From an uncultured bacterium (GTDB lineage Bacteria; Myxococcota_A; Bradymonadia; Bradymonadales; Bradymonadaceae), in the NCBI GenBank assembly GCA_937981985.1, contig CALJNB010000017.1, positions 21,534 through 85,533 on the forward strand: 64,000 nucleotides of DNA. The letters are read 5' to 3'. This document shows positions 19,767 through 28,156 of the stretch, one piece after another. How positions within the stretch are numbered: position 1 is the stretch's first letter; every line of letters begins with the position of its first letter. The translations under genes and the position numbers were made by a program. The notes beneath the pieces were generated by a model that was given only the letters and a program-made list of their open reading frames with translations, was not told the DNA's origin and did not search any database.

Positions 19767-22250
19767 CTAATTTTTGCGTCGAAACCCGAAGATCAAAAAG
19801 CCCAATAATGCGAAAATAAAAGTTGCAGATGGATTATTGGAAATCGTCGAACACCCTTCGTCGGGCTGAGTCACCACGTCATCATTTCCGGTGGTGGGTG
19901 TTAAGACTTCTTTAATTTCCAGACATTGACTCGCGTCACATTCAAAACCTGTCAGGCAATCGGCATTCGTGGCGCAGCTGGTCTGGCAGCCCGAATCCAA
20001 ATCACATCCAACGTAAGGCGCACATGATTCTGAAGCGGGCATAGAGCACGCACCGGTTCCATCGCAGGTTCCGGCTGCGGCGTAGTCATTAGCGCAAGAA
20101 GCGGGTGCGCACTGAATATCATCCTGATGAAAGGCACACTCTCCAGCACCATCACAAAATCCGGTCTGACCGCAAGAACTTTCTGGCTGGGGCAAACATC
20201 CTTGAGCTCCAGATTTTGGCGATTGTTTTCCGACCACTACAGGTGCACACGTTCCATCGTCTTCGCCTGTGTCCCGCTGAAAACAGCTTTCACATGGTCG
20301 ATCACAAGCGGAATCACAGCATTTCCCTGCGCCTAATCCGCCCACACAGGGCCCAGCAAAACAGGCATCGTTAGTAATACACGGTCCATTCGAAAAGCCC
20401 CGCGGTTTTGACCACAAAAGATCGTTAACCGTCTGACTATTCGTAATGGAAATCGTCGTTCGAATAGGCGTAAAATCAGAACCGATGCGCCGTACTGCGC
20501 CACGTTCTCCTCCAACCATATATTGTGAACCGTTAAAGAAAATAGTTTCTAGATCCAAACCATCCAATGCGGAAACAGGCCCTCCAATTTTCTGACCCGA
20601 TGCACTTATGCGTTGAATAAAACCCTCGCTGCCTCCAACTAACCATTCTAAGCCGTCAAAATCGACGCCCTTTAAGACCGCGATCGAGACGTTAATGAGA
20701 CTAGGAGCATCGTTGTTTTCTTCGTTAATAAAAACCGCAATACCGCCTACAGTTCCATTCCCGACAGCCATCCAACGTTCTCCATCGAAACCCGCCGACA
20801 TCAAATTCACTTCCGGTATTTCTTTGGTTGCGCCGAGAGCCACACCCGTCGGCCTAATAATTTGAAAACGACTCTCTCCACCGATCAGATAAAAACTGCC
20901 CGACCAAGAGGCGAACTGGATGTCACCACCGTCTAGAAGGATTGACTCCTCTTCTAGTGTCCCCGATGCCGACACGATCTGAGAAAATCCATTCCGACCC
21001 ACGACCAGGAAGGTCTTTCCGTTCCACTCGACGTCCAAAAGATCAATACTTCCATCGATTTGTGTGGGCGTGGAAATAGTCGTCCCGTCATCTTCAACGA
21101 GCTGAATCATTCCCGCGTCCCCCACAATCAAAACACCTTCGGTTCCTTTGGCTGCAGCGTTTACGTTTTCTCCGTCTAATAATGCGTTATTCGGCTTTTT
21201 GGGACGAAGATCAGACGCTAGGAAACGAATGAGACCGTTGTCTTTATAAACCAAAATCCACTCGCTATGTGTGATAGAGAAATGGGCTGAAACGAAGGTG
21301 TTCTGTTGATCTGTTTCGGCGCTGGACTCACTGCCGTCGCTCGTATTCAGAGATATCACCGACTGTTGTGCTAACGCTAAGGTTTTCCCGTGGCCATTAG
21401 AAACAAAAGATCGAACACCTGTTTTCATGGTCGCTACCTTAGAAAAATTGAGACTATTCCCATAGTCGGAACGAAAAATCTCTCCGCTAGCTGTTCCGAT
21501 AAAAACAGCATTTTCGCTTTCATGAACCGTGGTTATATTTTGAGCAGGAAGGGGAATTAAAGTACCCGCAACACCAGAGGCACCTACAGCAGCATAATGG
21601 GATTCAGAAAATATGAACCAACGCGAACCCGAACTCGGTTCGGAGTTTGAAACCACGCCAACCCCTTTCGTCAGTACAGCGGTTCCCGAGACATCGGACC
21701 TACTTAAATCAGAATTGAAAGTGAGTATTTTCCCGGACTCACTGATCCCTAACCAGGCGACACCGCTGTACGCAAGACCGCTAACCGTATCCCCATCAAA
21801 AATCGTTGATTCAACACGGGTCGGCTCACCTGAAGAGTCGAGTTTCTGGACCGCGCCATTTTGGCCAGCAATCAGCCATCCATCGGGATACATCGCGGCG
21901 CTATGTACGGCATTACCATTAAGCGCATCTCGAACATCGTTGATTCGTTGTCCGCTGTGGTCCAGCGATTGTAACTTTCCAGCACCAAAAACAACCCATT
22001 TATCATGGCCCGATACCGATTTTAATATATCGTTACCGTTAAAAACGATGCGACCTGGAACCTCATTCGGCTCTCCATCTTTCCCAAGAAGGTCAACAAA
22101 CGAACCGCCGACAGCGATCCAATTATCTCCTCCCGGGTCAACAATTCGGTGTTCTGTGGTCTCAAACGATGTTGTTTGAGGCAAAATTTCTGTGCCATTT
22201 TCGGAACAAGCCAGCGAAAAAATGAATGAAAGGAGAAGTATAAAACGCAT
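19767..22250 (-). CDS. Surface lipoprotein: beta-propeller-like repeats + Cys-rich stalk + MYXO-CTERM-like C-terminal sorting signal
   Basis: Lipobox MRFILLLSFIFSLACS. About 600 aa of ~40-50-aa repeats (G..G.i..ld.sG...). About 170 aa with very dense Cys. Terminal DEGCSTISNNPSATFIFALLGFLIFGFRRKN, i.e. Gly-Cys, a hydrophobic helix and a basic tail. Confidence 0.75.
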   Translation of the reverse strand: MRFILLLSFIFSLACSENGTEILPQTTSFETTEHRIVDPGGDNWIAVGGSFVDLLGKDGEPNEVPGRIVFNGNDILKSVSGHDKWVVFGAGKLQSLDHSGQRINDVRDALNGNAVHSAAMYPDGWLIAGQNGAVQKLDSSGEPTRVESTIFDGDTVSGLAYSGVAWLGISESGKILTFNSDLSRSDVSGTAVLTKGVGVVSNSEPSSGSRWFIFSESHYAAVGASGVAGTLIPLPAQNITTVHESENAVFIGTASGEIFRSDYGNSLNFSKVATMKTGVRSFVSNGHGKTLALAQQSVISLNTSDGSESSAETDQQNTFVSAHFSITHSEWILVYKDNGLIRFLASDLRPKKPNNALLDGENVNAAAKGTEGVLIVGDAGMIQLVEDDGTTISTPTQIDGSIDLLDVEWNGKTFLVVGRNGFSQIVSASGTLEEESILLDGGDIQFASWSGSFYLIGGESRFQIIRPTGVALGATKEIPEVNLMSAGFDGERWMAVGNGTVGGIAVFINEENNDAPSLINVSIAVLKGVDFDGLEWLVGGSEGFIQRISASGQKIGGPVSALDGLDLETIFFNGSQYMVGGERGAVRRIGSDFTPIRTTISITNSQTVNDLLWSKPRGFSNGPCITNDACFAGPCVGGLGAGKCCDSACDRPCESCFQRDTGEDDGTCAPVVVGKQSPKSGAQGCLPQPESSCGQTGFCDGAGECAFHQDDIQCAPASCANDYAAAGTCDGTGACSMPASESCAPYVGCDLDSGCQTSCATNADCLTGFECDASQCLEIKEVLTPTTGNDDVVTQPDEGCSTISNNPSATFIFALLGFLIFGFRRKN

Positions 22251-22423
22251 AATATTAACCTAAAAATTTTAGTCACATAATTCGAAGCCAACCTACCTAA
22301 ATTTAGTTTTGAAGCGAACTCGGCATACCCTTTTTTTTTCCGTTCGTTTTTTACCACTTAGATATCAAAATTTCTCGAATCGGAGTCTTGCCATCGCCTA
22401 AACTTCCAGCGATTCTCGTTATT

Positions 22424-23110
22424 ATGAAATTAATGAATCTAGGAATCATCTCATGTTTGGCGCTGTCCGCTTGTGGTGAAGAAAAAATCGCCGATAACAA
22501 CGATGTTATCCCCGCAACACATTTAGTCGAAACGATGGCGGAGGCGCAGTGCGATCGCTTATTTGATTGTTGCGCAGAGGACGAACTCAAGCTTGTTCTC
22601 GGTGGTACCGACTCTATTGATAAAGACACCTGCGTGGAGAATCTAAAACAACAATTTGGAGCATTTTTCGGCCCCTCGGTCGAAGAGGCCCAAACGAAAA
22701 ATAGAATATCAGTAGATATCTCAAAAATCGCAGCATGCGGTGAAGCCATCAAAACACAAAGTTGCGAGAATATCGCAGACGATAGCACTCAGATCCAACG
22801 TTTCCAAGCGTGTCAAAATGCGGTAATCGCCGAGCAAGAACCTGCAGGTTTCTGTGATCACAACTATGAGTGCAAATCCGGCTTCTGCGTTTCTGACGAA
22901 GACGGCGGCAGCTGTAAAGAGGTTACTGAAGTCGGAGATGCGTGCCAATCTTTGAGCTGTTTTAGAGGTCAGTATTGCGGAGATGATGACACCTGTCTTG
23001 CTTTAAAAGAAGACGGTGAAATGTGCACCGCAGACGCTTCCTGCATGAGCAGTAAATGTAGTAAAGAAACCAAAAAATGCGAAGCTATCATCGGAATATG
23101 TAATGACTGA
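22424..23110 (+). CDS. Cysteine-rich lipoprotein, unknown function
   Basis: Signal peptide/lipobox MKLMNLGIISCLALSACG when started at ATG 22424 (ORF track opens at 22388). Many paired Cys (CDRLFDCC, CQNA, CDHNYECKSGFC, CQSLSCFRGQYC, CTADASCMSSKC). Confidence 0.65.
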   Translation: MKLMNLGIISCLALSACGEEKIADNNDVIPATHLVETMAEAQCDRLFDCCAEDELKLVLGGTDSIDKDTCVENLKQQFGAFFGPSVEEAQTKNRISVDISKIAACGEAIKTQSCENIADDSTQIQRFQACQNAVIAEQEPAGFCDHNYECKSGFCVSDEDGGSCKEVTEVGDACQSLSCFRGQYCGDDDTCLALKEDGEMCTADASCMSSKCSKETKKCEAIIGICND

Positions 23111-23534
23111 TTTTGATTTTGAAGATTTTGAAACCCTCGTCTCGGATTTGGAAACTCGTTTTCAACAAGATAAGGAAAGCGTGGGCGGCTATAAAATCCA
23201 AGATTGTATCGCCTGTCATGATTCGCTTTTCACAACGGGTTCAAAACATTGTTATGCGTGCACCTATTGTACAAATTGCACCAACTGCACTCAGTGTACA
23301 CACAGCCACAATTGTGTATCGGTTACAACGAGCTCCTATTGTCGAAATTCAAAATATTGTTCGGGATGTTCGTATGTAACCGATTGCGTTCACTGCCATG
23401 ATTGCGTTTTCTGTTTGGCGTGCTTTGGATTGGTAAAAAAGGAATTTCACATTTTGAACAAACCTTACAAAAAGGATGTCTATTTCAAAATTGTTGAAAA
23501 GCTTGAAAAGAAGCTCAAACGTAAACTTCGTTAA
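23103..23534 (+). CDS. Cytoplasmic-looking cysteine-repeat protein (CxxC array), unknown function
   Basis: About 17 Cys (my count) within ~75 aa, including the period-3 run CYACTYCTNCTNCTQC and CVHCHDCVFCLAC. Lys-rich helical tail. The start overlaps the stop of the upstream lipoprotein gene by 8 nt. Confidence 0.6.
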   Translation: MTDFDFEDFETLVSDLETRFQQDKESVGGYKIQDCIACHDSLFTTGSKHCYACTYCTNCTNCTQCTHSHNCVSVTTSSYCRNSKYCSGCSYVTDCVHCHDCVFCLACFGLVKKEFHILNKPYKKDVYFKIVEKLEKKLKRKLR

Positions 23535-23557
23535 CATTATTATTTGAGGCAAAGGTT

Positions 23558-23875
23558 ATGAAATTTCGATGCACTTGTGATCACCTCATCGTCGATTCAA
23601 CCGATTTCCTCCCCCATAAAGCGCACACGATTGCGGACCGAAACTGGTTTACGATCTTGGATGCGATAGACGAAGCGATTGAAGAGTCAGGACCAAGCGC
23701 GAAAGAAAAAGAGGCGGCATGCATGCATATTCGAACGTTGATGGTGAAGATGAGTACACTTAGCTACCAATGCCGAAACTGTGGAATGCTCTACTTGAAC
23801 GATCACAACAATACTTCACATTGCTTTCAACCCTTAACGGACGATGAATCCAAAGAAGTGTTTAAAGGTTTCTAA
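23558..23875 (+). CDS. Small hypothetical protein with CxC...CxxC zinc-ribbon-like pairs
   Basis: 105 aa with a CTC pair at the N-terminus and CRNCG at ~aa 72. Co-directional and 23 nt after the preceding gene. Confidence 0.45.
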   Translation: MKFRCTCDHLIVDSTDFLPHKAHTIADRNWFTILDAIDEAIEESGPSAKEKEAACMHIRTLMVKMSTLSYQCRNCGMLYLNDHNNTSHCFQPLTDDESKEVFKGF

Positions 23876-23893
23876 TTTTTAAGTCGTTTTTGC

Positions 23894-26011
23894 TCATTTA
23901 ATGAGGGTCAAAATAAAGGCGTATTCAAAGGCGAGTTCTTTTAGATAATCATAGCGTCCCGATGCACCTCCGTGACCTGCGCCCATATTCGTTTTTAACA
24001 GCAAGACATTATTATCGGTTTTCATATCGCGCATTTTTGCGACCCATTTAGCCGGCTCCCAATATGCAACGCGCGGATCGTTTAGACCCGCAGTCACCAG
24101 CATATTTGGATAACTCTTCACTTCCACGTTTTCATAGGGCGCGTAACTTTTCATATATTCGTAAAAAGCTTTTTCATTGGGATTGCCCCACTCTTCCCAC
24201 TCAGTAACCGTTAATGGAATTGTCGCATCGAGCATCGTATTAATGACATCAACAAAAGGAACTCCTGCGATTACAACTTTGAATAAATCTGGACGCAGGT
24301 TAGTAACCGCGCCCATCAATAAGCCGCCAGCACTTCTTCCGCTAATCGCCAGTTGATCTGAAGTCGTATAATTTTTTTCGATCAAAAATTCAGAAACTTC
24401 AATAAAATCGGTGAAGGTGTTTTTCTTCTTTAAGTACTTTCCATCCAAGTACCAGTTTCGACCCATTTCACCGCCGCCGCGAATATGAGCAATTCCAAAA
24501 GCAACGCCGCGATCTAAAAGCGAAATACGCGCCGAAGAAAAGTAGGGGTCATAACTTGCGCCGTAAGAGCCATATCCTGCCAATAAAAGAGGCATGGGGC
24601 CGTCTTTGTGTTCGCGTTTATAAACCAAAGAAATCGGAATTTCTGTACCATCGGCGGCGACCGCCATCAGACGTTCTGATACGTATTCAGATCGGTCGTA
24701 GCCTTTAACGGGCGTTTCCTTAACCAAAATTCTTTCGGCTGATTTTATCTTATAATCAATCGTAGAGCGCGGGGTAACAAGTGAGGTGTATCGAAAACGA
24801 ATCGTGTCGGTATCGTAAATATAATTACTAACCAGGTTGGTATCGTAAACCGGTTCGGGTTGTTCGATTATTTTTTGGCTAGAAAAGTCCTCCGTGACGA
24901 CCAATCGCGGAACGCCTTTATGACGTTCGGATATTATCATAAAATTCTTAAAAGGACTTAAAGATACCACTTGTGTGTCAGATCGTTCAGGAAGAACATC
25001 CGTCCAATGTTTACGCCCCGTTTTTTGGAGCCCTGTTTTCATAACCTTGAAGTTTACAGCTTTATCATTGGTGACGATGTAGAAGGTGTCGTTTTGGTGA
25101 GACACATAATATTGTTCATTTTTCTTTCGAGGTGCAAAAACCTCCGGTTTAGGTTCGTTCGCGTTCGCATCCATAAACCATATTTCGGTCGTTTCTGAAC
25201 TTCCCAACTGGATGAAAAGAAACGCATTGCTACGTGTTTTAGCCAAGTTTAAGAAAAAACGTTCATCTTTTTCTTCAAATACCAATACATCTTTCGCTAT
25301 GGGGGAGCCCAAAACGTGACGGTAAGCCTGAAAGGGACGCGATGCTTTATCTACTCGATCGTAATAAACCGTCTTATTATCGTTAGCCCAAACGAGAGAA
25401 TAATGCGTGTCTTCTATTTGGTATCCAAGATCTTTCCCGGTCTCCAAATCTCTGAACTTTAAGGAATAGCGTTCATTTCCGAGTGTATCGGTCGAGTAGG
25501 CGAGAATTTTACCATTTGGCGAGACTTCCATCACACCGAGTTGAAAGTATTCATGGCCTTCAGCCATCTTGTTTTCATCTAAAAGAATTTCCTCAACGCT
25601 ATCTTTGACATTTTTTTTACGACAATGGATCGGATAATTTAGGCCCTCCACGGTGCGTCGATAATATAGATATTCGCCCTCTAGATAGGGAGGGGTTTCA
25701 TCAGTCTCGCGAATACGTCCTTTCATTTCTTCAAAAATAGTATCGGCGAGCCCCTCATTTTTTTGAGTCATTTTCGCGGTATAAGCATTTTCTTCTTCAA
25801 GGTAAGAAATCACATCGCTGTTCTTCTTGTCTCTTAACCAGAAATAGTTATCGGTACGCTCATCTCCATGGATTTCGGAAACGACTGGAATTTTTTTGGC
25901 TATAGGTGCTTTAACTTGCATAGGCGCTTCACTCAAAGTGGGGGTTGATTTTGGGTTATGCTGGGCACTGCAGGCCGCTAAAAAAAACGAAAAAGTAATC
26001 CATTTTCTCAT
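23894..26011 (-). CDS. ptrB: S9A prolyl oligopeptidase family protease (oligopeptidase B-like), secreted/lipoprotein
   Basis: Signal peptide/lipobox (FFLAACS). N-terminal seven-bladed propeller region. Catalytic GRSAGGLLMG (GxSxGG), followed by an Asp and a GAGHGG His region. Confidence 0.88.
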   Translation of the reverse strand: MRKWITFSFFLAACSAQHNPKSTPTLSEAPMQVKAPIAKKIPVVSEIHGDERTDNYFWLRDKKNSDVISYLEEENAYTAKMTQKNEGLADTIFEEMKGRIRETDETPPYLEGEYLYYRRTVEGLNYPIHCRKKNVKDSVEEILLDENKMAEGHEYFQLGVMEVSPNGKILAYSTDTLGNERYSLKFRDLETGKDLGYQIEDTHYSLVWANDNKTVYYDRVDKASRPFQAYRHVLGSPIAKDVLVFEEKDERFFLNLAKTRSNAFLFIQLGSSETTEIWFMDANANEPKPEVFAPRKKNEQYYVSHQNDTFYIVTNDKAVNFKVMKTGLQKTGRKHWTDVLPERSDTQVVSLSPFKNFMIISERHKGVPRLVVTEDFSSQKIIEQPEPVYDTNLVSNYIYDTDTIRFRYTSLVTPRSTIDYKIKSAERILVKETPVKGYDRSEYVSERLMAVAADGTEIPISLVYKREHKDGPMPLLLAGYGSYGASYDPYFSSARISLLDRGVAFGIAHIRGGGEMGRNWYLDGKYLKKKNTFTDFIEVSEFLIEKNYTTSDQLAISGRSAGGLLMGAVTNLRPDLFKVVIAGVPFVDVINTMLDATIPLTVTEWEEWGNPNEKAFYEYMKSYAPYENVEVKSYPNMLVTAGLNDPRVAYWEPAKWVAKMRDMKTDNNVLLLKTNMGAGHGGASGRYDYLKELAFEYAFILTLIK

Positions 26012-26162
26012 ATATTATCTCTTCACTATTCACAGGCATTACTAGGACGAATTCGGTCTTTGTGCGAGCATCATTTAGCGATATTCCTAGATTACAAAAT
26101 CACTATCCCAATGTTTGTAATCCGTGTAAGACACAAAGGTCTTAAAAAAGTAGGATATCCGG

Positions 26163-27392
26163 ATGACCGAACTCGCCTCACACATTGACGCTATTGAAGA
26201 TGCTCTTGCCGATGGAAATGTTGACCTAGCTAATACCGCCTTAACCGGCGCATTCGAAGCGTTCCCAAACGCTGGTGAACTCAATGTACTTAAAGCAGAA
26301 GTTGCGCTCGAAGAGGAACAGTATGTGAATAGTATAACGATATGCAACCAAGCCCTAGAAAGCGTCGAAGATTCTGAATGGAAAGCCAGAGCACATAGCT
26401 GCAAAGGCTACGCGTCGTTTTACAATGACGATTTTCAAAACGCGCGAACTTACTTCAACGAGGCGATTGGGTGTGATACTGAATTACTGAACGCAATAAC
26501 GGGACGCGCTATCGTGCACGAACATCTGGGTTTCTATAATGCGGCGATGTTGGATCTCGATCGGGTTATTGAAGCCGACGATCAAGATGGCCAACCTTTT
26601 GCGATTCGCGGTGCGATCCAAGTGCGTTTAGGAAATATTGAGATCGCTGAAGGTGACCTCCACCACGCGGTTCAAATGGATCCAGAAGACGAAGAATCCA
26701 GACTCAATTTGGGAAGAATTCATGCGCTTCACCAAAGAACCTCCCCGGCAATGGAAGCCTTAGGGTGGCTTGTTGATAACGGCGAACTTGCGGAGTGTGT
26801 AGCTCCGGGGGCGATTCTACGAAGTCAGTTATCACTCCTGTCTAACGCGAATGAAGCCGCACTCGAGGACGCCGAAAAAGCAATCTCTTTTATTCCTGAT
26901 GAGCCTTGGGGATACCTTCAAGCTGCCGCATCTATTATCGCTCATGGCGTTGATGGCGGAAAAGCAATTGCATTGTTAAAACAAGCTGAATCAAAAGTTT
27001 CCAATCCGCGAGACCTCCCAGACCTGTGGTCACTTCGAGCTTCGGCCTACGAAATTATGGGAAAAGCAGATCGTGCTAGCGAACTAAGAAAAGATGCGGA
27101 AGGAAGTTCACGATTACCAGGGTACGTATACGGGTTCCTAAATCCGGTGCAAAACATACCAATCAATCCGAATAAGCCTGTCGATATTCGCGCACTACTT
27201 GATGATCTATTTGGTGAAGCATCAAAAGCCCCCGAGGGTTACGAGAATGTTATTCGAGAAATCGTCAGGCAACTTCCCGACATTGTGAAGCAGCATCCAA
27301 ACGCGGGAACACTACATATCGATCTCCCAGAGGCTCCGGGAATGGTGGGCGGAAAACGTCAATTGGTTCTCAACGTAAACCAACAATCCTAA
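26163..27392 (+). CDS. TPR-repeat protein
   Basis: Repeated TPR-like helical hairpins (e.g. AIGCDTELLNAI, VIEADDQDGQPF, AVQMDPEDEESRLNL). Confidence 0.7.
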   Translation: MTELASHIDAIEDALADGNVDLANTALTGAFEAFPNAGELNVLKAEVALEEEQYVNSITICNQALESVEDSEWKARAHSCKGYASFYNDDFQNARTYFNEAIGCDTELLNAITGRAIVHEHLGFYNAAMLDLDRVIEADDQDGQPFAIRGAIQVRLGNIEIAEGDLHHAVQMDPEDEESRLNLGRIHALHQRTSPAMEALGWLVDNGELAECVAPGAILRSQLSLLSNANEAALEDAEKAISFIPDEPWGYLQAAASIIAHGVDGGKAIALLKQAESKVSNPRDLPDLWSLRASAYEIMGKADRASELRKDAEGSSRLPGYVYGFLNPVQNIPINPNKPVDIRALLDDLFGEASKAPEGYENVIREIVRQLPDIVKQHPNAGTLHIDLPEAPGMVGGKRQLVLNVNQQS

Positions 27393-28021
27393 TCACTTTC
27401 GGCCGCTTGATGGGCCTCGAAAACTTCAGCTGTAAAATAGGGCTTAGATAATTCGATTGCGAACGAGGCATCCAAGGGCACATCATCGTGGGAGTGTTTA
27501 ACAAGTGCCAAGATCAAATAGGTGCCAAAATATAACCAAGCACCTGTTTTGGGAGACATCCCAGCACTTTTATTGAGATAACCTTGTTCGTCCCAATAAT
27601 TGAGACTGTCGTGAATCAATTTCAAGGCATGATTTTGCTGGGGAAGATAAGCCTGCCGGACATCATCTTCATCAAGTTCGGAAATTACTAGGAACAACAT
27701 CTTTGTGAATGCCTTATGGGATTCTAAGACTTCCACATAATAGTTGAAGCAAGAATTAATGGCCCTAAAGGGATTATCTTTATTTTGGGCCAAAACTTGT
27801 TCCAACCCTTCCAGCCAAAACCCCGTACTTTGATGTACCGCTTTGGTGAATAGTGCACGTTTACTTCCGAAGTATCGATAAATCAGGGCTTCTGTAATTC
27901 CTGCTTCTTCGGCAATCGCCTTAGTCGTTGCTCCATGATAAGTATCTCTGGCGAAAACTACGATCGCACTTTCTAGAATTTGTTGCTCTCTTTGCTCGGC
28001 CGTAAGTCGTTTTTTTGGCAT
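27389..28021 (-). CDS. TetR/AcrR-family transcriptional regulator
   Basis: N-terminal HTH ILESAIVVFARDTYHGATTKAIAEEAGITEALIYRYFGSKRALF. Confidence 0.9.
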   Translation of the reverse strand: MPKKRLTAEQREQQILESAIVVFARDTYHGATTKAIAEEAGITEALIYRYFGSKRALFTKAVHQSTGFWLEGLEQVLAQNKDNPFRAINSCFNYYVEVLESHKAFTKMLFLVISELDEDDVRQAYLPQQNHALKLIHDSLNYWDEQGYLNKSAGMSPKTGAWLYFGTYLILALVKHSHDDVPLDASFAIELSKPYFTAEVFEAHQAAESD

Positions 28022-28082
28022 TGGGTCGCTTTATCTTAACACTGGTTCGTCTAGCAAAATACCCTCTCCTAGAAAGGCCCCG

Positions 28083-28105
28083 AAAATCAAATGAAAATTG
28101 ATTTT
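28083..28105. promoter_or_regulatory. Inverted repeat AAAATCAA-N7-TTGATTTT, candidate TetR operator
   Basis: Perfect 8-bp arms (28083-28090 and 28098-28105). Lies in the 146-bp divergent region between the TetR gene (start 28021) and the first paralog (ATG 28168). Confidence 0.3.
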
Positions 28106-28156
28106 AAGCTAACATTTGATTAAGTCTGGTTCCGAAATTAATGATTTTATATAAAT

